64,000 nucleotides of DNA from Acholeplasma sp. (lineage in GTDB: Bacteria; Bacillota_I; Bacilli_A; Acholeplasmatales; UBA5453). Location: assembly GCA_036677365.1 (NCBI GenBank), contig JAVBWN010000025.1, positions 1 to 64,000 of the forward strand, written 5' to 3'. The translations under genes were made by a program, and so were the position numbers. The notes under the pieces were generated by a model, which worked only from the letters and a program-made list of their open reading frames with translations, was not told the DNA's origin and ran no database searches. Positions 42,101 to 51,122 of the stretch are shown here, in pieces; within the stretch, counting starts at the first letter, position 1, and the number at the start of each line of letters is the position of its first letter.

Positions 42101-42437
42101 AGTGAAAGCTGGTTGGCGTATGTATTCATCCGGACCAGGCATTTATTTGAATCAAATGGTTTCAAACGTGTTGGGATTTAAACAATACCATCAAGGTTTA
42201 TGGATTGACCCTGCCCTACCAAGTGAACTTGATGGGTTACAACTCCATTACCATATGGGACCTTACCCGCTTGAAGTGAGCTATCAGTTTGGCGATGCTG
42301 AACAAGTGAAAATCAATCACCAAACCGTCCATTCGACACCGATGCATAACCGTTATCGACACGCCGGTGTGTGGATTGAAGCAGGCTTACTCAAAGCCAA
42401 TCAAGTTAACCACATCGAAGTGACCCTTAAAAAATAA
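39153..42437 (+). CDS. GH94 phosphorylase, 1,2-beta-oligoglucan phosphorylase (SOGP)-like
   Basis: ~1100 aa; PHGLEQ..GAAWGTRD, GDWDDTLQP, FGREIG.QY.HAHIR, GWRMYSSGPG as in Listeria Lin1839-type SOGP (recalled, not searched). Confidence 0.82.
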   Translation: MQLKMDIKKHLLSSNDLVFELLESGDLFRIRYHHNQINLLRGNLIEGSVSNLYLRRFHAGKYSYKKLLGVQSNAAFEIVGNQAVYQGQAFGIDYQVVLSLHGHAWVYDVLLGKKTLEGVYDLFYGQDVGIASTGSILASEAYTAQYIDHQSFKDQFGYTICSRQNQGDTQVLQIGSLTKNIGFVTDGTQFFGLSYKKTNEPKALFEPKLANENYQYEFPYITLQSEPLKLNQPTSVVFYGYYKPLHEGIVSQKFNVLDDYNFIKSFYRLTQPKKVKPFIGMEDVIVGQSIDEATLKQWYPVQNHLEKQGDVLSFFTDHHTHVVLPSKELLVERPHGHMIIHGDVLHVSEKIMAQTNFMYGVFASHVVLGNTNFHKLLGVVRNFLNLDKLSGMRIYLKKEGRYQILTMPSVYEISVNVCRWVYVLEDDTIEVMVSADKDELTQKITFNSKQQKPYDILVTQALVMHPQEYEVPVPLKIENNTLVIDTSLNGFIHDHYPTLQYRYRVEGLTLSEARLTQFENLSNFGVITFDYEQQSHFEFFIDGTFDTFKAVDIDPVVSQQKFNAFIESLTGIKLKHPKFQSKLNVLNESAFWFTHNGLVHYSSPHGLEQSNGAAWGTRDICQGPAELFMAASRYDIVREILLKVFRRQFVEGGDFPQWFMFDNYYRIQAHESHGDIIIWPLRTLGIYLKATRDLSILNEQVPYMSKKDNAFVWPEKTLLDHIVSTLDCIEASYIPNTHLPRYGGGDWDDTLQPANHDLTSKMVSGWTIALLYDALNTLAIELSDLPVSKRLNQMKEDMQKDYETYMVKAGVPAGFIVFNDNGSIDYLLHPSDQQTGLKYRLLALKRPIISEMIDKSQATSYKDLIVKELKHPDGVRLMDTAVTYRGGLKTYFSRAETAANFGREIGIQYCHAHIRFIEAMAKLGEPNLAFEALYTINPIDIQKSVPNANYRQSNVYFSSSDAAFKDRYEAKRDFEKVRKGLIPVKAGWRMYSSGPGIYLNQMVSNVLGFKQYHQGLWIDPALPSELDGLQLHYHMGPYPLEVSYQFGDAEQVKINHQTVHSTPMHNRYRHAGVWIEAGLLKANQVNHIEVTLKK

Positions 42438-42444
42438 TCGAAAC

Positions 42445-42477
42445 ATAAGCATGTGCACCTAAACACATGCTTATTTT
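42445..42477 (+). terminator. Terminator of the glycan locus
   Basis: ataagcatgtg...cacatgcttat plus T-run. Confidence 0.8.
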
Positions 42478-42494
42478 GTTATAATAATAAGTAG

Positions 42495-43439
42495 ATGGGA
42501 CGTGTTACTATGTTTATCGTCACTGGTGCGAGCGGACACATCGGTAATCAGGTGTGTCGTACGTTACTTCAACAAGGTTATGAAGTCAAGGTGCTTGCGA
42601 GAAATCCACTCAATCATTTTAGAAAACAAGCGGTGGTAGTTACGCTCGGGAATTTAACAGACCCAGCGTTTTTGAGACGTGAAATCCACATTGGTGACAT
42701 TGTCATTCACGCCGTTGGATACATCGACTTATCTAACAGTGATTATGAGACATCGGTAGAATCCAATTTGACCACTGCCCAAGTCATCGCCGATGTTTGT
42801 AAAGAACGCGGTGCGAGACTCATCTATATCTCAACCGCCGATATCATCGATAAAGAAGAAGTTGGTTTAATAGAAGAACCGGTCACCTTTAAATCAATCG
42901 ATGCGAGCGATCACTATGCATATACTAAAAAAGAAGCGACACTCTATGTGCGTAAACAAATTAAAAGTGGTTTATCTGGAGCGATTGTTTACCCAACTGC
43001 GGTCATTGGTGCGAATGATTTCAAAATGGGCCCTATCACCAAAGAAATCAAACATGTTTTGAATAGTCGTTTTTTATGCTCACTGTCGGGTGGCTATAAT
43101 TTCATCGATGTTGAGGATGTATCCAAAGCCATCATCCAAAGCGGGTTTTTACCTTACAACGATGAATTTATTCTATCTGGCTTCAATTTATCGATAACCG
43201 ATTTGTATAAACGCATTCGTAAATTCAAGAAACAAAAGAAATTTATCCTACACATCCCTTTATGGGTGGTACGCTTCTATATCCGTTTTTCAAAACGATA
43301 TTCAGCTAAAATGATCGATGTTTTGACCGAAAACCACAAATATAGTAATCAAAAAATGAAAAAAGCGTTGTTATCCGAGTTAAAACCCTTCGACTTAACA
43401 CTCGCTGATACCATCAGGTTCATTGAAACAAATCGCTAA
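42495..43439 (+). CDS. NAD-dependent epimerase/dehydratase (extended SDR)
   Basis: VTGASGHIG Rossmann motif, YxxTK. Confidence 0.85.
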   Translation: MGRVTMFIVTGASGHIGNQVCRTLLQQGYEVKVLARNPLNHFRKQAVVVTLGNLTDPAFLRREIHIGDIVIHAVGYIDLSNSDYETSVESNLTTAQVIADVCKERGARLIYISTADIIDKEEVGLIEEPVTFKSIDASDHYAYTKKEATLYVRKQIKSGLSGAIVYPTAVIGANDFKMGPITKEIKHVLNSRFLCSLSGGYNFIDVEDVSKAIIQSGFLPYNDEFILSGFNLSITDLYKRIRKFKKQKKFILHIPLWVVRFYIRFSKRYSAKMIDVLTENHKYSNQKMKKALLSELKPFDLTLADTIRFIETNR

Positions 43440-43464
43440 AGATGCCTTTTATCAGGCATTTTTT
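43438..43464 (+). terminator. Intrinsic terminator
   Basis: atgcct-tttatc-aggcat plus T-run. Confidence 0.7.
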
Positions 43465-43502
43465 CACTTTTACATGGTATAATCTAAAGGTAGGTGATAT
43501 TT

Positions 43503-44864
43503 ATGGAAAACAAACTCCCCATCGGTCAAAAATTGACCATAGAAGTACAAAGATTAGGCATCAACGGCGAAGGCATCGGGTATCACAACCGCAAAGCTAT
43601 TTTCGTTGATTTTGCGTTACCAAAAGAAGAAGTTGAGGTTGAAATCACTGCCGATTTTGACACTTACTATAAAGCCAATTTAGTTCAAATTGTGAAGAAA
43701 AGCCCATCCAGGGTTGAACCATTTTGCCCAGTGTATCATGAATGTGGCGGTTGTCAGTTACAGCACCTCGCTTATGATGAAACACTCAAACTCAAACGTG
43801 AGTTGATCATTCAAGCGATCCGTCGTTATGTCAAAACCCCAGTATCCTTAGATTTAATTAAAGAAACGATTGGTTCAACTCCGAACACGCATTATCGCAA
43901 TAAAGCCAGCTTACCTTTACAATACAAGTATGGTAAGAATGTGATTGGGATGTATAAACCCAACTCCAATCATTTGGTAGAAATCAAAGATTGTCCAGTT
44001 CAAGAACAGGATATCAATAAGTTTTATACCTTGATTTTAAACCAAATGGAAAAGCGTAAAATGTTGGCTTACAACAATACCTCTAAAACCGGTACGGTTC
44101 GCTTCATCATCATCCGAAGAGCAGACGCCACATCGGAGATGCAAGTCACGTTTATCTTATACAAAGAAGACCCACAAGTGGTTGAACTTGGTAAGTATTT
44201 GGTCGAAAAATTTAAAGAAATCGTATCGGTATATTCCGTCATCAATGATGACTTGAAATCCAGAGAATTTTTCACCAAAAATACCCACTTAGTGGCGGGT
44301 AAAGAAGCCATCAATGAAGTACTCAATGGGGTTACATTCTCATTAAAACCAGATGCGTTCTTCCAACTCAATACGAAACAAGCCGATCTATTATACAAAA
44401 AAGTCATTGAGTTGGGTAATTTTAAAAAGACAGACATCGTGATTGACGCTTTTAGTGGTATCGCCCCAATTGCACAATATGTGGCACCTTATGTCAAAAA
44501 TGTGTACGCGATTGAATCCGTACAAGCATCGATTCAAAGTGCGAAAGATACCATCATTCAAAACGTCAACAAAAACATTGACTTGTTAAAAGGTGATGTC
44601 ATCGAAGTCTTAAATCGTCATAAGAACATCCCAGTCGATGTCATCGTGTTTGACCCACCAAGAACGGGGTTAGGTGAAAAAGTTACAGAGTTCTTATTGA
44701 AGAAGAAACCTAAGAAGATCATTTATATTTCGTGTAACCCATCGACGCTTGCGAAAGACTTAGATGTTTTGACACAAAATTATGAAATCAAGAGTATTGA
44801 ACCACTCGATATGTTTCCATTCACTGCACATGTAGAGTCTATCACGTTGCTTTCATTAAAATAA
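43503..44864 (+). CDS. rlmD: 23S rRNA (uracil(1939)-C5)-methyltransferase RlmD/RumA
   Basis: TRAM domain, CxxxxxCGGC, YRNK, AFFQLN, DPPR.G, YISCNPSTLAKD, DMFP.T.HVE. Confidence 0.95.
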   Translation: MENKLPIGQKLTIEVQRLGINGEGIGYHNRKAIFVDFALPKEEVEVEITADFDTYYKANLVQIVKKSPSRVEPFCPVYHECGGCQLQHLAYDETLKLKRELIIQAIRRYVKTPVSLDLIKETIGSTPNTHYRNKASLPLQYKYGKNVIGMYKPNSNHLVEIKDCPVQEQDINKFYTLILNQMEKRKMLAYNNTSKTGTVRFIIIRRADATSEMQVTFILYKEDPQVVELGKYLVEKFKEIVSVYSVINDDLKSREFFTKNTHLVAGKEAINEVLNGVTFSLKPDAFFQLNTKQADLLYKKVIELGNFKKTDIVIDAFSGIAPIAQYVAPYVKNVYAIESVQASIQSAKDTIIQNVNKNIDLLKGDVIEVLNRHKNIPVDVIVFDPPRTGLGEKVTEFLLKKKPKKIIYISCNPSTLAKDLDVLTQNYEIKSIEPLDMFPFTAHVESITLLSLK

Positions 44865-44928
44865 CACTTGTTATATACTTGACACATACTTGACAACACT
44901 CTATTTTTAACTCAAATTTATAAAAATC

Positions 44929-44969
44929 AGCCATCAGATGACCTTCATAGGTATCCGATGGCTTTTTTT
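44929..44969. repeat. Duplicated terminator/end motif, copy A
   Basis: agccatcagatgaccttcataggt-atc-cgatggcttttttt; nearly identical to 52394-52433. Confidence 0.9.
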
Positions 44970-45136
44970 GTCTATATGTGCAAATTTCGTCCATTGTGGG
45001 AACATATTTTTTGTTAAAAAATGGCCTTTTTTGTCTGAATGGTTGTCTTACGCAACATATTTTTCTTGAAAAAGTACTTAAAAATTCAAGTATACAATAA
45101 AAAAAACGGCAAAAAATGTAACAATTGTATAAAGTG

Positions 45137-45165
45137 TTGCAAATGTAACATGTCAGTGCTATAAT
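45137..45165 (+). promoter_or_regulatory. Promoter of the cargo operon
   Basis: TTGCAA-17-TATAAT with extended TG; aaatgtaaca repeated twice around it. Confidence 0.7.
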
Positions 45166-45226
45166 TGAAATTAATGATATGACGACATCCAGTTGTGTTC
45201 AGATAATAATATGACGATAGGAGAAT

Positions 45227-46132
45227 ATGCTTATGATAGAAGTGAAAAATCTGACAAAAGATTTCGGATATAATCGGGGGGTTTTTGATATATCCTTTGA
45301 AGTTAAAGAGGGTGAAGTATTCGGTTTTCTTGGTCCCAATGGTGCGGGGAAAACCACGACAATAAGAATGCTCATGGGTTTTTCTCAACCCGATAAAGGA
45401 ACTGTATCCATTAACAGCAATGATTGTTGGAAAGATTACTCTTCGATATTGGGCGAAGTCGGTTATATTCCTGGTGAGGTTGCACTACCAGACGGACTGA
45501 GTGGACTTGAGTTCATCGATATGATGAAAAAAATGCGGCATGCAGAAGAGTCTAGGGTTACTTACTTACTGGATTTATTTGAATTGAATCCAAATCAGAG
45601 CATGAAAAAGATGTCCATAGGGGATAAGAGAAAGCTGGCAATTGTATCAGCCTTCATGTCGGATCCCAAAATTTTGATACTCGATGAACCAACCAGCGGC
45701 TTAGATCCTATCATGCAAAATAAATTTATCGAGTTAATCAAAACCGAGAAGAAAAGAGGGAAAACAATCCTTCTTTCAACTCATATATTTGAGGAAGTGG
45801 ATGCCTGTTGTGATCGATTGTCGATTATCAAGGAAGGTAAAATCATTTCAACGATTGAGACTGATATCATCAGAAATAACGAAAACAAAGTCTTTAAAAT
45901 TGAGTTTTTGGAAGATAAAGGATATGAGCAATTTATGAAATCGGATTTGAACATTATCTATAGCGATAAAACTAAAAAGAAGGTGAGAGTAGCAATCAAC
46001 GATAAAGAGATAAATCGTTTGATTAAGGAAGTCTCTGACAATCAGGTGAAATATTTTTCAGAGTCACAATTTACGCTCGAAGACTATTTCCTAAATTACT
46101 ATAAAGATAGCGAGGTTGAGTCATTCCTATGA
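45227..46132 (+). CDS. ABC-2 type transporter ATP-binding protein
   Basis: GPNGAGKTT, MSIG signature, ILDEPT. Confidence 0.93.
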   Translation: MLMIEVKNLTKDFGYNRGVFDISFEVKEGEVFGFLGPNGAGKTTTIRMLMGFSQPDKGTVSINSNDCWKDYSSILGEVGYIPGEVALPDGLSGLEFIDMMKKMRHAEESRVTYLLDLFELNPNQSMKKMSIGDKRKLAIVSAFMSDPKILILDEPTSGLDPIMQNKFIELIKTEKKRGKTILLSTHIFEEVDACCDRLSIIKEGKIISTIETDIIRNNENKVFKIEFLEDKGYEQFMKSDLNIIYSDKTKKKVRVAINDKEINRLIKEVSDNQVKYFSESQFTLEDYFLNYYKDSEVESFL

Positions 46133-47028
46133 GCATGATTGAAATTAGAAACCTGACAAAAGATTATGGATTATCACGAGGTATTTTCAACATCGATCTT
46201 GAAGTGAAAAAAGGTGAAATCTTTGGTTTTGTTGGAACTAACGGAAGTGGTAAAACAACAACGATCAGAAACATGATGGGTTTTATCAGACCGGATAGCG
46301 GAAGTGTCTACATAATGGATCATGAGGTGAACTATGACACAACTCAAATCATGAGACATATTGGATATGTGCCAGGCGAAATAGCTTTTCCCGACATAGG
46401 TGATGGGGATGCGTTCTTGAAGAGTCAAGCAGAAATGATGGGATTAAAAACCATGGAATACGCCAAGTATTTAATCAATAAATTTAAGCTAGACACCACA
46501 GCAAATCTAAAGCATATGAGCAAAGGCATGAAGCAAAAAACGGCCATCGTACAAGCGTTTATGGCTGAACCGGATATTTTAATCCTGGATGAGCCTTCAA
46601 CCGGACTTGATCCACTCATGCGAGAAACATTCGTAGATGTATTGATGGAGGCAAGACAGAGAGGTGCTACCATATTTATGAGCAGTCATGTGTTTGAAGA
46701 GGTAGAAAAAACATGTGATCGTGTCGCACTTTTGCATAACGGGAAAGTATTAGATATCGTGGATATGAAAAAGATTCGTCACAACGAAGTAAAGACATAC
46801 AAAGTTGGATTTGAAGACGAAAGAGATTATCAAAATTATGTGAATTTGAATCTCTACATAACGTCAAAAAATGATAAATATATGCAAGTAACCGTCGACA
46901 TCAAAGACGCTCAAGTAAACGAATTTATGAAGGTATTAGCGCAATTCAATTTAAAATATATCAAAGAAGTAAAATACACGCTCAAAAAGTATTTTTTAAA
47001 AAAAATAAGTGAGGACAACGAAAAATGA
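46129..47028 (+). CDS. ABC-2 type transporter ATP-binding protein (paralog)
   Basis: GTNGSGKTT, MSKG, ILDEPS. Confidence 0.93.
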   Translation: MSMIEIRNLTKDYGLSRGIFNIDLEVKKGEIFGFVGTNGSGKTTTIRNMMGFIRPDSGSVYIMDHEVNYDTTQIMRHIGYVPGEIAFPDIGDGDAFLKSQAEMMGLKTMEYAKYLINKFKLDTTANLKHMSKGMKQKTAIVQAFMAEPDILILDEPSTGLDPLMRETFVDVLMEARQRGATIFMSSHVFEEVEKTCDRVALLHNGKVLDIVDMKKIRHNEVKTYKVGFEDERDYQNYVNLNLYITSKNDKYMQVTVDIKDAQVNEFMKVLAQFNLKYIKEVKYTLKKYFLKKISEDNEK

Positions 47029-47912
47029 TCAGTATACCATTATTGAAACAATCCATCAAAGCGAATTGGGGTCTTTGGACAGCAACAACCCTGACATTGA
47101 TTTTGCTTTACGTCGTTATCAAATTTGCTATGGGGTTAGTCACGGTTTCAGGTGATGCAGACCCAAACATATTGATCCCATATATCATCGCCTTAGAATC
47201 CGCAGGGCTGTCACTCGACGGACTCTTTACTGCGATCGGTTTGAATCCTGACATCTTGACAGGCATTGCATCGATGGATTCAAATGTTCTGGTTAGCTCA
47301 ATTTTTTATCCTGTTGTGTCGGTGCTGATGCCCTTGGTCTACACGGTTATAGTTGGGAATAAATTGTTTGCCAGTCAAATTGATCGAGGATCCATGGCGT
47401 TTGTTTTATCCACTTCGATCAAGCGATCCAAGATAGCGTTCACGCAAATGTTCTTTTTCATCATGTCTTTAGTAGCGATGTTTATCTTAACAACCATCGT
47501 GGATGTTATCTTAGCATTAACCATCGAAAATTCATTAGCGATTGACCACGTTCTGTTGCTCAACCTAGGTCTATTCATATTCACGGTTGCCATGGGATCG
47601 ATTACGTTCATGTTTTCTGCGGTTTTCAACTATACGAAGCATTCGATCTCTTTAGGTGGAGGTGTAGCGTTAGTATTTTTCATATCTAAAATATTAGGGT
47701 TGTTTGGTTCTGATCTCTTCATGAACATGGGGATTGGTATCGAGCCCATGGGATACTTTAATAACATCACGATGATCACGCTGTTCAATACGACCTCAAT
47801 CTTGGATGGGTCATCCACCTACATCATGCACTTTGCAATTCTGTTACTCATTTCAGCGATGTGCTTTACAGTAGGCACGCTTTGGTTTACAAAAAAAGAT
47901 ATTCCAGTTTAA
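47025..47912 (+). CDS. ABC-2 transporter permease
   Basis: 6 TM, IDRGSMA.VLS..IKR motif, C-terminal FTKKDIP. Confidence 0.85.
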   Translation: MISIPLLKQSIKANWGLWTATTLTLILLYVVIKFAMGLVTVSGDADPNILIPYIIALESAGLSLDGLFTAIGLNPDILTGIASMDSNVLVSSIFYPVVSVLMPLVYTVIVGNKLFASQIDRGSMAFVLSTSIKRSKIAFTQMFFFIMSLVAMFILTTIVDVILALTIENSLAIDHVLLLNLGLFIFTVAMGSITFMFSAVFNYTKHSISLGGGVALVFFISKILGLFGSDLFMNMGIGIEPMGYFNNITMITLFNTTSILDGSSTYIMHFAILLLISAMCFTVGTLWFTKKDIPV

Positions 47913-47945
47913 GGATCGTGCATAGTAGGATATCATGAAGGAGGG

Positions 47946-48635
47946 ATGCAATCAGTGAAAAAAATAATTATCTTTGATTTGGATGGAACTTTGAGCAACA
48001 ATGTCGATCAGTCTGAACTCATATATGAACGAATTTCAAAACGATACAAACTAAAACAACTATCCAAAGATGGAATTCGAGAATTAAAAACGAAGCCAGG
48101 TTTAAAGCGGTTGTTCGATTTAGGTGTTCCGATATATAAATTGCCTAAATTGTACAGAGAATCGCGTGATATTGCATCTGAATTTGTCGATGATTGCACG
48201 ATCATCTCAGGAATGAAAGAGCTCTTAGTGAACCTGAATGAAAGCAAGGTTAAATTAGCCATCGTTTCTTCAAATAGTGTTTCAAATATCAATAAAATAT
48301 TATCAAATAATGATATCAACACATTCTCCTTCATTGAGGGGAAGGCTAGCATGAAAGGAAAAAAACGCAAGATTAAGAAACTGCTTCGAAAACATGGATA
48401 TGATCCCGAGGACGCCATTTACGTCGGTGATGAAATTCGAGATGTCTTGGCTTGCCGATCAATTCCCATCGAAGTGATCGCGGTGACATGGGGATTTGAG
48501 ACGAAAAACGCTCTGGCAAACTCAAATCCCGATTACATTGTCGAGACGATTGAAGAATTATCCAGTTTGCTGATGAATAAAACTGGTGGTCATCGAATCA
48601 TTAAGAATCGCAGTAGAAAGGTAGAGAAACCATGA
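47946..48635 (+). CDS. HAD-superfamily hydrolase
   Basis: FDLDGTL, VSSN, YVGDEIRD, VTWG. Confidence 0.9.
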   Translation: MQSVKKIIIFDLDGTLSNNVDQSELIYERISKRYKLKQLSKDGIRELKTKPGLKRLFDLGVPIYKLPKLYRESRDIASEFVDDCTIISGMKELLVNLNESKVKLAIVSSNSVSNINKILSNNDINTFSFIEGKASMKGKKRKIKKLLRKHGYDPEDAIYVGDEIRDVLACRSIPIEVIAVTWGFETKNALANSNPDYIVETIEELSSLLMNKTGGHRIIKNRSRKVEKP

Positions 48636-49510
48636 GAAAAAGAATCGTGATTGACACTTCAACAGGCGGATTAGATTATTATCCATTTGAACATGGCATT
48701 GAGATATTGCGTATTAAGATCAATATCAAAGGTCAAGAGTATGAGGACGGATTAACACTAAAGGCAGATCAATTTTATGATATGCTTAAAAACGATAAAG
48801 AACTATTACCAAAGACCAGCCAACCATCTGTTGGCGATGTGATGAACATCTTTCAAAAATTCTTAGATGAAGGTGTTGAAGAGATTTTTGTAGTGACCAT
48901 ATCGGCTAAGATGAGCGGAACTTATAACTCATGCATCATGGCTGCTAAGGAGTTCGAAGGGAAAATAAAGATTAAGGTCTTTGATACGAAGACGGTCTGC
49001 TTTTCGGAAGGTATTTTCGCTTTGGAAGCTAAAAAGATGATCGACAAAGATTTTTCATTAGAAGAAATCGAAAACAAACTCAGTGACATGAGACATTTGA
49101 ACACCATCTATTTTGCAGTAAACTCTTTAACCTATCTGGTTAAAAATGGACGCTTGAGCAATGCGAAGGGCTACATAGGCAAACTTTTAGATATCAAACC
49201 GGTGTTACAGGTGCAAGAATCTGGGGAAATCGTTTCAATTGGCAACAAACGAACCATCAAATCCGTCCTATCTTCAATCACATCGTTGGTCGAAGAATAT
49301 GTCGATCATCGTCCATATCAGGCATATTTAATCTATACAGCGAACCCTAACCTGAAAGCTCATTTCGTTAGTATGATTAAAGAAAATCTCGGATTAGAAA
49401 ACCTGTATGAATCACCGTCGACTCCGGTGGTTGGTGCACATGTCGGTCCTGACGTGATAGGCATTGGGATTTTTATTGGTGATCATTTAGAGGTAGGTAG
49501 GAAAAATTGA
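48632..49510 (+). CDS. DegV/FakB-family fatty-acid-binding protein
   Basis: PKTSQPS, ISAKMSGT, YLVKNGR, IKP, VGAHVGP. Confidence 0.92.
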   Translation: MRKRIVIDTSTGGLDYYPFEHGIEILRIKINIKGQEYEDGLTLKADQFYDMLKNDKELLPKTSQPSVGDVMNIFQKFLDEGVEEIFVVTISAKMSGTYNSCIMAAKEFEGKIKIKVFDTKTVCFSEGIFALEAKKMIDKDFSLEEIENKLSDMRHLNTIYFAVNSLTYLVKNGRLSNAKGYIGKLLDIKPVLQVQESGEIVSIGNKRTIKSVLSSITSLVEEYVDHRPYQAYLIYTANPNLKAHFVSMIKENLGLENLYESPSTPVVGAHVGPDVIGIGIFIGDHLEVGRKN

Positions 49511-50046
49511 TGAAAGAAAACATACAGGTTACTAGAAGCAAAGAGTGGATATATAATGCACTCATGTTCTTACTTAAAAAAAATGCTTTTAGAAAGATAT
49601 CTATTGATGATATTACAAAAGAAGCAGGTGTTGCAAGACCGACATTTTACCGCAACTTTGATTCGAAAGAAGATATATTGCTCGATCAAGGACGAAAAAT
49701 ATATGAACGTTTAATGTTGGATCTTGAAACGGACATGAATAATGACAATCCAATTTTCCATTCGATTAAGAAAATGGTCATAGTTTTCAATGAGTATTCC
49801 GATTTAATCGAAGTACTCATCACCAACAGCCTAGAATATCTTATCTTCCAGTCCTTTGAAGCTGAAATTTCAAAATTATTGAAAAAAGTATTTGATATTG
49901 AAAAGGAAGATAAATATAAAGCACGGTTTTTTGAAGGTGCACTCTTTTCTGTTGTGGTTGAATGGATTAAAAATTCAAAGTCTGAATCCGTTGACGAAAT
50001 GACTGAGATTATATATAATCTTGTCACATTTAATAACACCTTGTAA
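49510..50046 (+). CDS. TetR/AcrR-family regulator
   Basis: ISIDDITKEAGVARPTFYRNFDSKED HTH. Confidence 0.9.
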   Translation: MKENIQVTRSKEWIYNALMFLLKKNAFRKISIDDITKEAGVARPTFYRNFDSKEDILLDQGRKIYERLMLDLETDMNNDNPIFHSIKKMVIVFNEYSDLIEVLITNSLEYLIFQSFEAEISKLLKKVFDIEKEDKYKARFFEGALFSVVVEWIKNSKSESVDEMTEIIYNLVTFNNTL

Positions 50047-50233
50047 TGAATTGACCAGTAGATCGACGGCGGATTATAGATCAATCGTACAATTTTTAGT
50101 GGGATCAGCACTAATATTTAATAGCTATACTGACTTCAATTATTGATTACTTCAATCCATTTTGATAAACAAACTCGCAAGAAGTTGTATAGATTTTGAG
50201 ATGAAAACCTATTGTTTGTGAAAGGAAAAAAAT

Positions 50234-51049
50234 GTGAATAAATTAGGAATTTGTTTATCTGGTGGAGGCGCAAGAGGAGCATATCAAATCGGTGCGCTAA
50301 AAGCGCTTGAAGAACTGGGCATTTTACAAAAAGCGAGTGCGTTTTCTGGAGCTTCGATTGGAGCGGTTAATGTTACTTTTGCAGCCATTGGTTCACTTGA
50401 TTTAGCAATGGATATTTGGTTCAACGTTCCAGAAGCGCCACTGGGAGAAAAAACTGCAATTATAAAGACCATCAAGAACGAGAGATTAAGATTAATTGAT
50501 AATGGTTTGTTATCAATTAATAAGTTGAATGAGTATTTAAATGAGTATTTGAATTTTGAACTATTGACAAATAAAGATATCTATATTGCAGTCTCTGAAA
50601 CCGGTGATACTGATAAAGGATTTACTGACTTGTTGAAGTCTACCATTAAGCATTACGTTCATAGAGAATCACAAGTATCGTATGTACCACTTAAAGAGCT
50701 AGATAAAAATATGCAAATCAATACGCTTGTTGCCTCGTGCTCAATACCCATAGTGTTTCCACCTGTTATCACTAACAATAAAAAATATAGGGATGGAGGG
50801 TATTTCGATAACACCCCAGTTCAACCACTAATTGATATCGGTTGTGATGAAATCATCTGTGTCACTGTTTCAGCATTATCCTCATTGCGATCGAAAAAAA
50901 AGAAGTATAAGAATGTTAGAATACATGATATACGATCAACAAAAAGTTTAGGTAAAATACTTGATTTTACATCTATGCACTCAAGAAGAATTTATCATTA
51001 TGGATATGACGATGTCATGAATTATTTCAAAGACAAAAAAAGTGAATGA
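50234..51049 (+). CDS. Patatin-like phospholipase
   Basis: GGGARG, GASIG (nucleophile Ser), ASCSIP, DGG. Confidence 0.9.
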   Translation: MNKLGICLSGGGARGAYQIGALKALEELGILQKASAFSGASIGAVNVTFAAIGSLDLAMDIWFNVPEAPLGEKTAIIKTIKNERLRLIDNGLLSINKLNEYLNEYLNFELLTNKDIYIAVSETGDTDKGFTDLLKSTIKHYVHRESQVSYVPLKELDKNMQINTLVASCSIPIVFPPVITNNKKYRDGGYFDNTPVQPLIDIGCDEIICVTVSALSSLRSKKKKYKNVRIHDIRSTKSLGKILDFTSMHSRRIYHYGYDDVMNYFKDKKSE

Positions 51050-51122
51050 AAGCTGTTGTTGAAATGCTTGAATCGACAATTGGTTTAAACATTCGAGTTT
51101 AGATATGATGAAGCAGGTGAAT

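Noticed and set aside
44875..44896. Short tandem atacttgacac/atacttgacaa after rlmD
   Set aside because: Only two 11-bp units; may belong to an att arm but cannot be supported as a separate feature
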